DNA of 64,000 nucleotides. Source: the human T2T-CHM13v2.0 reference genome, Homo sapiens. The stretch lies in NCBI RefSeq assembly GCF_009914755.1, contig NC_060927.1; one strand, written 5' to 3'. Below the pieces are notes generated by a model. The model did no database searches, had not been told where the DNA came from, and saw nothing but the letters and a program-made list of their open reading frames with translations. Positions 33,026-55,649 of the stretch are shown piece after piece. Position numbers and translations under genes: made by a program. How positions within the stretch are numbered: the first letter of the stretch is position 1; every line of letters starts with the position of its first letter.

Positions 33026-34724
33026 AACTCAACCTCAACAAATGGATATATGAAGAAACTGAGTCATAGAGCAGTGAAATTTCTATCAAAGATTATTCAA
33101 TGGTGTGGCTACAGAAACTGATAAAACCTTTAGTAGGAAATGAAACACTGCAAATGGATGCAGCTACCTACAGTCAACCTCCATGATCTCCTCCCTGATG
33201 ATTCTATAATTATTTTTCCTCATTTTGAGTTTTTATCACACACTAAATCACGGTCATTCTTATGTTGTTTATTTTTGTTTAAATGTTGTTTATAATTGTT
33301 TAAAATTATTTTTTATCTATGCGTGGTTTTGGACATAGATTGTGGCTGCTAGGGAGCAAGGACTACAACTTTTGTTTATTTTTTATCTCAGTGTATGGGG
33401 TTCAGAGATAAGCATGTGCTTAGGGGGCAGTGGATGTTTAGTTGGTTATAATTCTGTGTTTTGTATTTTGTACTGTTTGGAGTGGAAAGCTCCTGATATA
33501 ACTCTGTTGATTGATGGTCAGTAAAGTAACCCAAGACCAAAGAGGTCTTCTGTCTGAGTCTCTCATCCTGCCATATCTGCAGGAAGGTACTATAGTAGGA
33601 AGAGAAGAAAAAGCATGCTTTAGGATAAACTTTTGAAAAACTTAGGTGTCAGAACTTAACAATGGTCTTCCAACTTCAAATTCCATATGTTGTCTACCTG
33701 TTCCTTAAAAAACACAGGCTGGGCATTTGGGATATAGGGTCAAATTCCCAAATATCCTGGGAGTGTGTATTATGTACAGAAATATTTTCTAACATTAAAA
33801 TCAAGAAATGGGAAAACAACTAAAATGCTTTTACAGTGGTTTACAAATTTAAAAAGATAATTGAATATTATAATATTTCAATAGCGAAAGTGATTAAAAA
33901 AATTCAAAATCCTGATTAAAAAAAAATCCTTGCCATTGTGGAAATACTCGATTTTTATTTCTTCAGTCAAGTACTTCAGTTTGTATTCCAGTTTATGAGC
34001 AGCCAGTTGTTGAAATATTAGTGCCTAGTCAAGGTCAAACATCTCACAGAAGGAACATTATTCTAAAATGCAACACTTCTGTGCAACTGGAGTGTGTATT
34101 TCATGAGCAGAATCCATTTGATTGGATTCTCTCATATTCACAAAACCCAGACTCATCTTGAATTGATAGCAAGAATGCTCTCTAACAACTATGGAATCAT
34201 CTATGATCCACTTCTTTAGATATTACCTCATTTGGCCCTTGGTTGGGTAGAAGAGTCATTATTATTAACATGCATGTTTGAAAGTGAGGATCCCAAAGCC
34301 ATTGTCAAACAAATTATTGTTCAAGGCACAAGTTCATAAGAGTATTGGAGGGTCATTTAATCAAATGCTTATCATGTGTCAGAATGATCAACTGGCATTA
34401 GGTTTTTTATATATTAGATAATGTATAAAAATTATATTTTATATATAAGATAAAGTATATGGGTTAAGAACATGGGTTGTGGTTTCAAATCCCTGTGTGA
34501 TCTCTACTAATTCTATGACTTTGGGCAAATATAAAAACTTTTAAATATGAAGAAAATAATATCACTTACTTCCTAGAAAATTGAATCAGTTAAGGGATAT
34601 ACGGCTCTTAGCACCTATTTGCCCTCAATAAATAAAGCTCTCAGTAATCTAACCTAAACCACCCCCCCATACACCTTACCACAAACAACAACCCTTTGAG
34701 TAGAGCTGTTTTAATCTTCTTTCT

Positions 34725-35120
34725 TTATAATCACTCCTTGGCTAATCTCATCCAGTCTTATGGGTCCGAATATTGTTTATTCATTGATGGTTTCCGAATG
34801 TATATCTCCAATCTGGACCTCTTCCCTGAACTTGTATATCTAACTGCCTACTTGACACCTTCTTCTGTATGACTAATAGGCATCTAAAATGTAACATATC
34901 TAGAAATGAGTTCCTGATGTTCTCCTTCATCCAGCAGCTCCTGCAACCTTCCTGCTCCTAGGTCACGGCAATGCCACGCTTCCAGTCACTCAGGCCAGAA
35001 ACATTGGTGTTCTTGACATCTCTTTACACTGCCTACTTCTCTCTTACACTCAACATTGGGTCTAGAAGTAAAATCTGTTGGTTCTACTTGCAAAATATGT
35101 TATCACTGAGTAACATACTA
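34725..35120 (+). mobile_element. L2 fragment (continues 41167-41219 and 43528-43630)
   Basis: tatatctccaatctggacctcttccctgaac...; terminal tgttgaatgaatgaat at ~43615. Confidence 0.8.
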
Positions 35121-35136
35121 TACATCATACAGTTTT

Positions 35137-41152
<6,016 letters not shown>

Positions 41153-41219
41153 CAGCATACTGTTTTGTCTTATTTATTGTCTGCTCCCTGTTAGAAGGTA
41201 AGCTTCATGAGAGTAAATA

Positions 41220-43520
<2,301 letters not shown>

Positions 43521-44289
43521 TGGCCTTTGAGAGTAAATAATTTCATAAGCTTTATATACTAATTCATAGTGCTTAAAACAGTCCCTCATACATAACAAGT
43601 TCTCAATAAATATATGTTGAATGAATGAATAAAAAATAAAGTTATTTAATAGATGAAGAAACATAGACTCAGAGGAGTTGTGTAACTTGCCCAAGTACAG
43701 GAGCAGGTAAGCAATGGCTTCTATGTTTATGTGACTCCAAAGCCCACATTTATCAATACTATACATTTTGTCCAGGTTAATTTCTGGATCTTGACCATAG
43801 CTTGGATGTGTCATGAAGCACATATTAATATAATGATGTCTTAGCACATCCTCAAGAAATAAATATTTCTTATAACAATATCAGTCAATGTTCTAAAAAT
43901 ATGTTTTTCAAGGGCAGGTGCTCACTGGCCAGAGTGCAGAGAAGAACAGGAAGGTTGAGAGGGCTGAGAAAGGGACTTCTGATCTTGCCAGAGTGCCCAG
44001 ATTTCTGAGAAGGAGGCATGTATTGCTCAGGCTGCGAAGGCACCCCTTCTCTTCTTCATGCTCTTCCTATTTTCCTCTTTGCTTGTGTCCATTTTGTCTT
44101 TCCATTTTTCCCACCTCCCTTCTTATCCTTTCCTTCTCTCTTGAGCTTTGTCTCTATCCTCTTGCCCCAAACTGCTCTCTTTTCTCTTTATTTTGTGAGA
44201 AGCTCCCTCCCCCTATATATGAACATCAGGGCTGCCCAGTGTGGCTCATATAATATGTGAAACTTGGCCCTTGAATCCCTGAAATTTCA

Positions 44290-45860
44290 CATGAGAAAAT
44301 CATCTTAAATGAATGTTAAGAGACCTTAGGATAGGCAAAGATTTTATAAAGAGGTCATAAAAGCAAAGGTTGATAAATTAGGCTTCATTAAAATTAGAAA
44401 TTCTGATCACTAAAAAACATTAAAGAAATTGAAAATGCATGCCACAGACTAGGAAAATATATTTGCCATACATATATCTAACAAAGGGTTTATATCCAGA
44501 ATATGTAAAATATCCTACAAATCAATAATAAAGAACGCAACTCAATTAAAAATGAACAAACCTTGAACAGACACTTCACAAAAGAATATATCCAGAAGGC
44601 CAATAAGTACATGAAAATGCTCTCAACATATTTTTTTTTGTCAGGGAAATGTAATGAGATCCCACTACACATCCACTAGAATGACTAAAATTAAAAAACC
44701 TTCAATACCAAGTATTGGCAAAGACACGGAGTCACTGAAACTGTCTTACATTGGTGGTAGGTGTATAAATTGATACAACCACTTTGGAAAGCTAAGCATA
44801 AGTCTATCCTATGACCCAACAATCCCATCCCTAGTTTGAAAAAAATGAGAACATATGTTCACTAAAGACATGTACAAGAATGTCCACAGTAGCTATATTT
44901 ATAGCAGAAAAAATTGGAAATAATCCTTATATCTATCAACAGAATGGATAAATAAATGTGGTATATCCACACAATATAACACCACACTGCAATAAGAATA
45001 AGCTATACCTATGTATAACAACACTAATGAATCTCATAGACATACGTTGATCAAGAGAAACCCGACACAACAGTGTGCACACATACTCTATAATCCATTA
45101 TATGATGTTCGAAAAAGGCAAAAGTAATCAATGCAGACAGATGTCAGAATAGTGGTGACCTCTGCTGTCTAGAATGGGGCACAGAGGGGCCTTTTTTGAT
45201 ACTGAAAATGTTTTAAGTCTTAATCTGGGTGGTGTTACACAGGGATATATGAGTGTGAGAAATTGTCAATCTACATACTTTTTTTTAAACATAATTTACT
45301 GTATGTATGTTACACCTAAACTTAAAAATAACTTGTCTTTGGATGGTATTTACTATCCAAAGATTTATACATAAGTATTCAGCCTCTAGCCATAATAACC
45401 CCAAACTAGAAATTACCCAAATGTGAGTCAGCAAGTGAATGGATAAGCAAACTATTGTACATCTGTACAAAGAACTATTACTTAGCAAGAAAAAGGACTA
45501 AACTTTGAAAATGTGGCAGCATAAATGAATCACAAAATCATTATGCTAAGTGAAAAAAGCCAGACATAAAAGATGACACACTATATGATTCCATTTACGT
45601 AAAGTTAAGAAAATGTCAAGTAATTTATAGTGACAGGAAGCAGATCAGTGACTGGTTGCCTGGGGTCCAAGGAGGAGGGAGGGGGGAACTGAAAAAAGGC
45701 TTGAGAGAATTGTATGTCGGGGGGTGATAAAAATGCTCTGTATTTTGATTGCCTCAGTTGTTTCCCAGGTGTATACATGTCAAAATGCATTAAACTGTAC
45801 CTTTTGAAGAGATGCAGTTTATTTTCCATGAATTATATCTCAATAAAGCTGGTGAAAATA
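44290..45860 (+). mobile_element. Two old L1M (MC/ME-type) 3' fragments
   Basis: gaacagacacttcacaaaagaa..., attatgctaagtgaaaaaagccagac..., ctcaataaagct. Confidence 0.8.
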
Positions 45861-46129
45861 CATATCAAACTAAGAATACTCAAAGTCTTGAGCTTGACCA
45901 AAGAGGCCCAGAGAGCACTAGCTCAATAAACTTCAGTTTCCTTCCTAAGACTCCACACCCCAAATAAAATTCAAGTTTCCCTGAGAAGGACATGTGTAAA
46001 GGAGAGGAATGGTCCCACTTGCTTTGTTTTGAAGAATGTGGGTTGGGAGTAGAGAGCAAAAATGGATGGGAGAGGAAGACAGGTATCAGTCAGGGTCAGA
46101 AGACAGACACCACACCAGTCACTTCAACT

Positions 46130-46615
46130 ACTGTGAACTATGTAATTGAAAAAGCACAAAAGAGAACACAGAGGAGTCAGGGATGTAGCTACTGCGGGAT
46201 GCAGCTACCTTCATGAAGGTTGGGGAACAGAGGGGAGAGGTTAGAATAATTAAAACTTAGAAACTCAGAGTCTGGTCTTGGGGCCTGAGACCCACACCCC
46301 TGACGAGGAGGCCCAGGCTGGCTGGTGCTGGTGTCTCTGAAGGGGCAATGAGGTAGTTTCTCAAGTGTCAGAGAGACTGCAAATTGGATTCTGCTGCTGC
46401 TATAGAAAGAAGCTGCTAATGCTGGGGTGAAGAGACATTGCTGGGTGACACTAACAGGAAGAAGAGGCAAACAGGCAAAAGCACATCCTTTCTCCTTCCA
46501 CCAGCCTTGCTATCTTCCTCCAGTGTCCCCACTGGTAGAGTCCAACAGCTGGGAAACCAAAATGCAGCTTGCAAAGTTCCAGGTCCAGCATCATAAAGTG
46601 TAGTATAAAAAGGGG
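46130..46615. mobile_element. Ancient ERVL-type LTR (LTR33-like)
   Basis: ccagccttgc...cctccagtgtccccactggtagagtccaacag resembles LTR33-group ends. Confidence 0.45.
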
Positions 46616-46903
46616 CAACGGGCAGTTTGGAGTTGAGATTGGGCCTCAGACTATTTTGGGTTTAACTCTTGGCTTTGCCTTTTACTCATTGTGGAACCTT
46701 GAGCAAGTTACTCAACCTCCCTGGGCCTCAGATCTACAAGAGTAAAACAAAGGTAACATTCCCTTCTAAGTTTATGTTAGTGAGCCTTCAATAAATGGAC
46801 TCTACTATTTCATTTCTTTGTTTATGTAGCACAAGCTCCCCTCCTCCCCCACCAATGTTCTTTCCTAAATTCTTTCCCAGCATTGTGGCCCAAATTACCT
46901 CAC

Positions 46904-47164
46904 CCTTGGGATGGCTCTTCTCTGAGGGGCTTGCCAGTTTCCTCATGAGGAGCCACCAATGGTTTGAGATTCTGAGAACTAGCATGTGGTGGAGTTAGAC
47001 TGTGGTCTGTGGTGTATCACTTGGATTTCAATCCTGGGGAAGCAGTGAATTAAGCAGCTGGCTTGTGATGCTTTTCTCTCCTTGTACCAGGAGGATACTC
47101 CTGGGAGCAAAGAAAGCAAATGGCTGAATGTAATCTTCTTATAAACATGCTTATAATTGACCTT
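46904..47164 (-). pseudogene. Ankyrin-like remnant ...TDHSLTPPHASSQN[fs]WLLMRKLASP
   Basis: Acceptor tttattttccAG, donor AGG|GTGAGG; TP-x-H-A-S motif. Confidence 0.4.
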
Positions 47165-47259
47165 CTGGAAAATAAACTAATGAGATTTGCTAGGAGGAGA
47201 GTCCATTTTAGCAGGAATGACCCTGGATTAGAATTGCTTATGGAAAACTAAAGTAGAAT

Positions 47260-47443
47260 CTATGGATTTATAAGGCCTGGCTTCCTGGACAATTTCGTTT
47301 AAATCTTATAATGATCTGGGCATAAAATGGAGATGATTTATAACCCCAAGTCTCCCTACTGTATCAAGTAATCTACCAATCTCTTTAGAGACCCTGTCAT
47401 TGCTCTGGGCCAGAGAATGCATGTCTGTCCCAGAGAGGATGAC
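47260..47443 (-). pseudogene. Ankyrin-like remnant GTDMHSLAQSNDRVSKEIGRLLDTVGRLGVINHLHF
   Basis: Part of supplied ORF 47306..47530(-); acceptor ggttcccAG; helix-1/helix-2 spacing of an ankyrin repeat. Confidence 0.4.
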
Positions 47444-47495
47444 CTGGGAACCACACTCCATGTACTGGGTCTCTCCCTGCTTCACCTGGGACTCT

Positions 47496-47985
47496 TGATT
47501 AGTCAAGGTTCTCCAGAGAAACAGAACCAATGAAGAGACTTACATACAGATTTATTTTAAGAACTGTCTCATGCCATTATGGAGGCGGGCAATGACAAGT
47601 CCCAAGATTTGCAGTCAACAAGCTGGAAATACAGGAGGGCCAATGGGGTAGTTCCAGTCCAAATGCTAGCAGGCTTGGGATCCAGAAAGAGCCAATGTTT
47701 CAGAGTTTGAAGACAAGAAAGACCTGATGTCCCAGTTCAAGGCAGTCAGGCCAGAGGAATTCCTTCTTATTCAGAGGAGGGTCAGCCTTTTGTTCTATTC
47801 AGGCTTTCCACTGACTTGTGGAGGCCCAGCCACATTAGGAAGAGCAATCTGCTTTATTTAGTCTACTGATTTAAACGTTAACCTCATCCAGAAACACCTT
47901 CACAGACACCCCTAGAATAATGCTTGGCCAAATGTCTGGGCACCCTGTGACTCAGTCAAGTTGACTCATAAAGTTAACCATCACA
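47496..47985 (-). mobile_element. MLT2B-like (ERVL) solo LTR
   Basis: attagtcaaggttctccagagaaacagaaccaa...agtcaagttgactcataaagttaaccatcaca. Confidence 0.88.
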
Positions 47986-48064
47986 GCCTCTTAATTACTG
48001 TGTCCTTACCATTCTTAGTAAATCTTGATACTGAGTAACAGAGAAACCCAAACTAACTCAGAGT

Positions 48065-48178
48065 TTTTAACATGGCCAGCCATGCTTTTTCAGTGAACAA
48101 AGTATTCTTGAGCCCAAATTAAAAGGGGCTCTAGAGGCGCTTTACAGTGTGTATCAGACACATTGGAGTTTTAATTCA
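48065..48178 (-). pseudogene. Ankyrin-like remnant NSNVSDTHCKAPL...LKKHG
   Basis: N-x-x-D-x-x-(G)-K-(T)-P-L linker pattern after acceptor attatttAG. Confidence 0.3.
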
Positions 48179-48669
48179 CTAAATAATATTTGTATTTCTG
48201 GAGTCTAAATCATATGTTTCTCTGGCTATTGTAAGTTTTCCTTCTCCAAAAGAATAAGAGTAAAGTGAACACTTAACTTTCTTTAAAAAATAAGGGTTCT
48301 GGTCTCAGCTTTGCCACAAATGGACTGTGTGACCTTGGGTACAACCTTCAACCTTTCGGAACCTCAGTATCTTCATCTGCACAATGGCAGCAGTAGGGTG
48401 GCGGGTGTGATTATAATGCCTGAGTTGACATGAAAATCAAATGAGAGATGTAGGAAAATGCCAAATAAATTGTACAAAAGTACAAAATTATATTTCTGTC
48501 AGAGGTGTCATCTTTTCTGTCTACAGCTATACATTCAAATAGAATGTCCCCATGATTAAAAAAACAACTTTCCATATCGTCCAGTGCTTTTACTAACAAT
48601 GCCTAAACATGTAGTAAAAGTATGAATTCTCTCACTTATACTGATACTTACAGATCTCCAATTCATGTT

Positions 48670-49320
48670 TTCTAAAACATATTTTTATTGAGGTTTATTC
48701 CTCATAAAGTGAAATGTACAAGTCTTAAGTAAACAGTTCAATCACTTTTGACAAATGCGTATACCTGTGTAACCCATATCACTATCAAGATATTGAAGAT
48801 CTCTGTCACCTGAGAAAGTTCCCTGTGCCCTTCTAGACCATCGCTCCCTTCAGAAATAACCATTGATCTGGTTACTATTGCTTTGTATTAGTTTGGTCTG
48901 TTCTAGAAATTTGTATTCTCTTGTGTTTAGCTTCTTTCATTCAGCATGTTTTGGAAATTTAATCATATTGTTGTGGATATAAGTAACATTAGAATTTTTT
49001 TTGAAGATTCCATTGTATAAATATGCCATAATTTCTTTATCCATAGTACTGTTGATGACCATTTGTATTATTTCTAGTTTTTAACTATCAAGAAAAAAAC
49101 TAAGAACAGTCTTATGCAAGTCATTGTAAAAGCTTCTGTTTTCCTTTCTTCTAGAAAAATACATAGGACTGGAATTGCTGGGTCATAGTGTAGATGATGC
49201 ACATTTAACTTTTAAAGAAACTGCCAGTTTCCGAAAGTGTATGAGGGATTCCATATCCTTGCCAACATTTGGTGTTGTCAGATAGTTTTCAATGTAGCCA
49301 TGGGTATGTTCATGATATCA
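48670..49320 (-). mobile_element. Old L1M 3' fragment
   Basis: tttattgaggtt...ggaattgctgggtcatag. Confidence 0.7.
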
Positions 49321-49671
49321 CTGATTCTTTCTTTTCTTTTCTTTTCTTTTTTTTTTTAACATTTTCATGGATTCTTAATCTGGTATCTATAGAACACTCT
49401 TGGGGTATGTTTGTGAAATTATATGCAAAAATTTATGGTTGCTTACCTTTTGAGTGTATGTGGATAGAGTCTATAATTTTCAGCTTCTTAATGCAGTCCC
49501 TCATCCCTTCAAGTGTTTACATTTATACAAAGGGCAGTCTCTAAATGTGTGATTTCTGGTCGGTCCGATAGCATAGGCCATAATAAAATATCAGGAATCA
49601 ACTATTTATGCTCTGACATCTTATAGATTTTGTTTTACTGTAAAATGCAGTTAAGTAACACAAATTCTCAC

Positions 49672-49768
49672 TAGCTCTTGATGTCTAAAAATACTATTTG
49701 GCCCAGATTTCTAGAATGTCCTCATGCATCCACAGCCCTTTCTATAATGAAAATCATCTCCTCTGGCC
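49672..49768 (-). pseudogene. Ankyrin-like exon remnant GQ[fs]FHYRKGCGCMRTF*KSGPNSIFRHQEL
   Basis: Acceptor tttccttttctaataacacAG, donor |GTGAGA; 97 nt, close to the 99-nt single-repeat exon size. Confidence 0.5.
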
Positions 49769-49859
49769 CTGTGTTATTAGAAAAGGAAATTTACATTTCT
49801 GATTTGATTAAAGAAAAATCAGTCATGGTGACTTTCACAGTGAATGTCTTTTGGCCTAC

Positions 49860-49979
49860 CTGAAGCTCGGGCAAATGAAACAGGTAGGTGTAATTGCTGC
49901 AGACATTTGGCGTGCTCTATAAGGCTCAATTTATGATTGTGATTAGCCTCATCATTGTAGACTTTGAGAAATTTGCTTC
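49860..49979 (-). pseudogene. Ankyrin-like remnant EANHNHKLSLIEHAKCLQQLHLPVSFARASG
   Basis: Open in supplied ORF 49819..50007(-); donor CAG|GTAGGC; acceptor is purine-rich and weak. Confidence 0.3.
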
Positions 49980-50300
49980 CTAGATTGTTGTTTATTTTCA
50001 TGTGCATAATTTAGCGAAGGTTTTCAAAGCATCATTTTTATGTGTGTGAACTTAAAAATTAGTGAGCTTCAGAAAGGATAAAGTTTCCTTTTGCAAACCC
50101 TCATATTCAGTTTAAAAATTCACACTGAATGAATTCAAGGATTAAAGAAAGAATTGAAAAATGTTTGCTCATTCTGTGGATGTCCTGTTTATGCCCAATT
50201 CATCATGTGCCATTAACTGACAATGGTCACTTCCAGTATAAAAATTTTAAAAAAGCCAGCTTCTAGCATTCATCTTAGTAAATGTCTTTCTAGAATATGT

Positions 50301-51129
<829 letters not shown>

Positions 51130-51209
51130 TCAGTATCTCATTGATTGTCACTGGATATGATGAGAGGAGAGGTGGTGCAGGGGAGAAAGTTCAGATATAC
51201 TGTTGTTTC

Positions 51210-52490
51210 TTTGTAACAGCTTTATTGAGATCTAATTTACATACCATACAGCTCACCCATTTTTAGCATAATTTAATGATTTTCAGTATATTTGCAAAAT
51301 TGTGCGACTGTCACCACAATTAATTTCAGAATATTTTCAGCATCTCAAAAGAAACCTATACCCTTTAGCAATCACACCCCTCCTCCACTTCCCCAAAGTG
51401 TTTCCAGCCCTAGGTAACCAGGAAACTACTTTCTGTGTCTATGGATTTGCCTCTTCTGGACACTTCATAAATATGGAATCATAAAATATGTAGTTTTTGT
51501 GACTGTCTTCTCTCAATTAGTACATTTTGGAGGTTCATCCATATTGTAATGTGTATTCATATATCATTCTTTTTATTATTGAAGAATGTTCTATTGTATG
51601 GGTAAGACCACATTTTATTTACCCATTCATCATTGATAGATGTTTGTATTGTTTCCACGTTTTAGCTGCTGTGAATAGTGTTGCTATGAACATTTGTGTA
51701 GAACTTTTTTAACTTAATGTTTTCAATTCTCTTGGGTATACATCTAGAAGTAGAACTGTTGGGTTATGTAGAACGTCTATGTTTAACTGAGGAATTGCTA
51801 AACTGTTTTCTAAGCAGCTGCATAATTTTACAATCCCACTAGCTATGTATTGGGATTCTGAGTTCTTCCCACATCCTCCACAACACGTGTTATTGTCAGT
51901 CTTTTTTATTTTAGTCATTCTAAGGGGTATGAAGTGGTATCTCGTTGTGGTTTTGAATGGCATTTATCTGATGATAATAATGTTGAGCATCTTTAAAATT
52001 TTTTTTTAATTTTTAAATTTTTTTGTGGGTACATAGTGGGTGTATATATTTATGGGGTACATGAGATGTTTTGATACAGGCATGCAATGTGAAATAAGCA
52101 TGTCATGAAGAATGGAGTATCCATCCCCTCAAGTATTTATCCTTCGAGTTACAAACAATCCAGTTACATTCATTATTTTTAAAATGTACAATTGTTATTG
52201 CTGACCATAGTCACTTTATTGTGCTTATCAAATAGTAGACCTTATTCATTCTTTCTAACTCTTTTTTGTACCCATTAATCATCGCTAGCTCTCCTCTAGC
52301 CCCCAGTACCGTTCCCAGGCTCTGGTAACCATCCTTCTTCTCTGTCTGTCTGTTGAGCATCTTTTCATATGGTTATTTTCCATTTGTATATTATCTTATT
52401 TGGATAAATGTCTACTCAGATCTTTTACTCATTTTTTAATTGCCCTTTCTCTTATTGAGTTATAAGAGATTTTTGATATGCTTTTAAGTA
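51210..52490 (-). mobile_element. L1MB 3' fragment with nested L1MA 3' end (51995-52350)
   Basis: Perfect 14-bp TSD tgttgagcatcttt at 51981 and 52351. Confidence 0.85.
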
Positions 52491-52559
52491 GTAGCATGAA
52501 GTGGAAACAAATGGTAATATGGTCGTCTCCAAAATGATAATAATATACATATTGATTGA

Positions 52560-52745
52560 GATGCTTGGAATCACAGAACTTAGAGCTGAAAGTCACCATA
52601 GAGATCTCCAAGGCAAAGTCCTATTTTCATAGATGAGGAAACAAATTATGATGAAGATTAAATGACCTCCTAAGAAGTTACAGCCAGGAGGTCAAAGAAC
52701 CAAGACTCAAACCCATGTGTTCTTATGCAGAATCCACTACTTTAG
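52560..52745 (-). mobile_element. MIR
   Basis: attttcatagatgaggaaac...ccaagactcaaaccca. Confidence 0.7.
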
Positions 52746-52749
52746 CTGA

Positions 52750-52892
52750 TAGACTTCATTGCCTGAAAATGCAGCAAGATGCTCTGTGCTGCCAAGAATT
52801 CTTAGATCTTTGTTTGCCTCTTGTCTTTAAAGATGAGTACAACATTCCTACTTATTGCTGTGGCTTATACCAGGTTTCTGTTTTGGCCAGGA
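52750..52892 (-). pseudogene. Ankyrin-like remnant HSNK*ECCTHL*RQEANKDLRILGSTEHLAAFSGNE
   Basis: Single frame matches EC-x-x-LL-x-x-GAN-x-D...GST-x-HLAA-x-x-GN; two stops. Confidence 0.6.
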
Positions 52893-53158
52893 CTAATGGA
52901 TAATGAGTTACAGTGTACTTCTCAAGCTTGAGAGTGCATCAAAATCACCTGGTGAGCTTGAGAAAACACGATTGTGCCCAGCATACATGATATGTAATAT
53001 CATGCTAAAAATGGACATAAATATATTTTAAAAACTGTATATGATGCATGAGTGCCATTGGCAAAGGTTGAATAATGTGTAGCACTTATTACATGACCCC
53101 AAATAAACATTTATTGAATGGAAATTGAAAAACATGATTTAATATATAACCTTAAAAC

Positions 53159-53346
53159 CATGGTTCTGAAACTTTAGCATGCATGAAAATTATGCACAAC
53201 TTATTAACACACGTATTGCTGAGCCCCACCCCCAGAGTTTCTGATTTAGTAGATCTGGGGAGGGATCCAATAATTTGCATTTCTAATAAGTTTTCAGGTG
53301 ACATTGATACCTGCTGGTCTGGGAACCACACTATGAGAACCACTGC
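53159..53346. mobile_element. MER5A
   Basis: gagccccacccccagagtttctgatttagtagatctgggg...gggaaccacactatgagaaccactg. Confidence 0.88.
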
Positions 53347-53623
53347 ACTACAGGAAAGAAAACATTTCAGTGCCTGGGGCAGCAATAATGTGGTAGAGGG
53401 CAGACCTAAATTATGATATAATGCCATATGTAAGTGAAAAATCTTTTCAGATGTCCTTAAATAATCTCAGTCTTTTTCAGTGTACACTTTGGAATACATT
53501 ACTTGCTTTTTTTCTCATACTAGCTTGAAAGGGAGAAAGAACAAAAATGCCAGTACTTTTGATTTTCCTAAACACAAATTGCAAAATTTTATACCATCCA
53601 AATCTATAATAATTGTACATATA

Positions 53624-53975
53624 CAGAGGGCCCTTGATTTATGATTTTTTTACTTTACCATGGTGCTGAAAGCAATATGCATTCAGTAGAAACTGTATTT
53701 CACGTGCCTACACAAGCATTCTGTTTTTCACTTTCAGTACAGTATTCAATAAATTACATGATATATTCAACACTTTATCATGAAATAGGCTTTGTGTTAG
53801 ATGATTTTGCCCAACTGTAAGCTAATGGGAGTGTTCTGATAACATTTAACATAGGCTAGGCTAAGCTATCATGTTCAGCAGGTTAGACATATTAAATATA
53901 TTTTCAACTTACGGTATTTTCAACTTATGAAGGATTTATCAGGCTGTAACCCCATCATAAGCTGAGGAAAATTTG
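53624..53975 (-). mobile_element. MER47A-like (Tigger family) element
   Basis: aggctttgtgttagatgattttgcccaactgta...taggctaggctaagctat...taaccccatcataag. Confidence 0.8.
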
Positions 53976-54882
53976 CATGTGAAGGCAGTTGACGAGGATA
54001 TTTGGTTTTACTTGTTACATAGAATGATTGCTTGCTTTAAAACAAGGCAGGAAAAAGATGCTGTTATGATGCAGCTGGAAAGCAGACCAAATTTCTTGGA
54101 AGAGTGAAGTCATGGGTAGGATGCTTAGAGTACTAAACACTGATCCTTGCATACCATAGGTCCTCTGTTACATGTTTGTTGAATGGATGAATGCTTTATC
54201 TGCCATGGGTTTTACATCAGCTCAATCATGACAACGTACAAGTTGAAGAACATGGCTGATAGATTTTAGCTACACTTTTTGGATTTCCATATCAAGATGA
54301 GGAGCACATGCATTTCATTAAGGCTTTCTGAGTTCCTGTGCATTTTTTCTCCTGGGAGTTCTAAACCAATATCTGTCCTTAGCTATTAGGTCTTAGGTGA
54401 ATCAAAAATATTTAAAAATGAATGCCACACATCTGGCACAAGTTATGCTATTAAATTATTCCTGAATTCTAAGATGAAACATTTGGAAGTTATATAATGA
54501 ATCAACTTAGATTCAGTATGTTTTAAGTCTTCAGCATATTGTTTTAGTTGAACCTAGTTTAAGAAGTAAGGAAATTTTTGTGAATAATTTTAAAAAAGGT
54601 GTTTATCATAAAAGATGATAATAGATCCAAGGTTGAATTATCTATATAAAATTTGGAGAATTTTCATGATGTCAAGACACCAAGGCCATATTTCCAAAAC
54701 CAGGATGCAAATTATTATTATTATTAATTATTTGCCCTTTTCTAAAATGGTAAAATGTATGGGTACTTAACTGGCTGATTGCCTATTGACTCAAGTGAGT
54801 GGAAAAGTGCATGAGCTTTGAAGTCAAAGCTGTATTCATATGCTAGCTTTGTTACTTCCAGGCTGGTTGACTATAGCAGACT

Positions 54883-55225
54883 CTGTGATATGTTGCTCTG
54901 ATCTCTATTCAGGACTGAAGAACTTACTTCCCCCCAGGTGCTACAATTGCTTCAGACTTCATCCAACTGGCTGACATGAGAGCGTAAAATTCCAGTCCCC
55001 TCATCCCAACTCAGAACATCTCTTAAGGGTCATGACAGCTCTAGGGCTCTCTATCAGATAAGCTGAGGCCTTATTGGAACCACACTGAAGCCCAGCTTCT
55101 CCCTCTGCCTGTCCTGCCTCTTGCTCTTCCCCTCCAGATGCTGAGCCTGAGAATATTCCCTAACAAATTTTCTGATCACAAATCTCCATCTCAAAGTCTG
55201 CTTCCAAGAAACCCAATGTGCAGCA
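54883..55225 (+). mobile_element. LTR16-like (ERVL) LTR splitting a MIR
   Basis: ttcaggactgaag...cacaaatctccatctcaaagtctgcttccaagaaaccca. Confidence 0.7.
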
Positions 55226-55559
55226 GTGATCTTGTATGTCATTTAACTTCTTTGTTCCTAAAAAATTTCCTGTAACAATGTTTGTCTCATTTAAGGTTTA
55301 TATCAGAATTAAATTAAATAACATGCTTGAATGTCCCCCAGCACAATGCTGGACACAGAATAGATGCCCAATAATGGAAAATTCCTTTCCAGTCCCCAGC
55401 TAGGTTTTCTTCCTGTTTCTAATTAAGTCAAAATTTCCCAGACTGCACACCTCGTGCAACCACAAATAACATATAATATCTGGGATTTGAGAGACTTTGA
55501 ATCCTTTCAGTTGGTTTGCCCAGTCTCAGGCAAAACAGGTCTATTCTGGGACAAGTTAT

Positions 55560-55649
55560 AAAGAAAGATAGCTCACAAAATATTGCTACATAGCTGCATA
55601 GGCCAGGCAATGGTTCCCAATGGCTGCTTCTGCAGTAGGTTTTCTCTGA
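55560..55649 (-). pseudogene. Ankyrin-like remnant AAIGNHCLAYAAM*QYFVSYL
   Basis: Acceptor ttttcttggcAG; GN-x-C-L-x-YAA motif. Confidence 0.35.
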
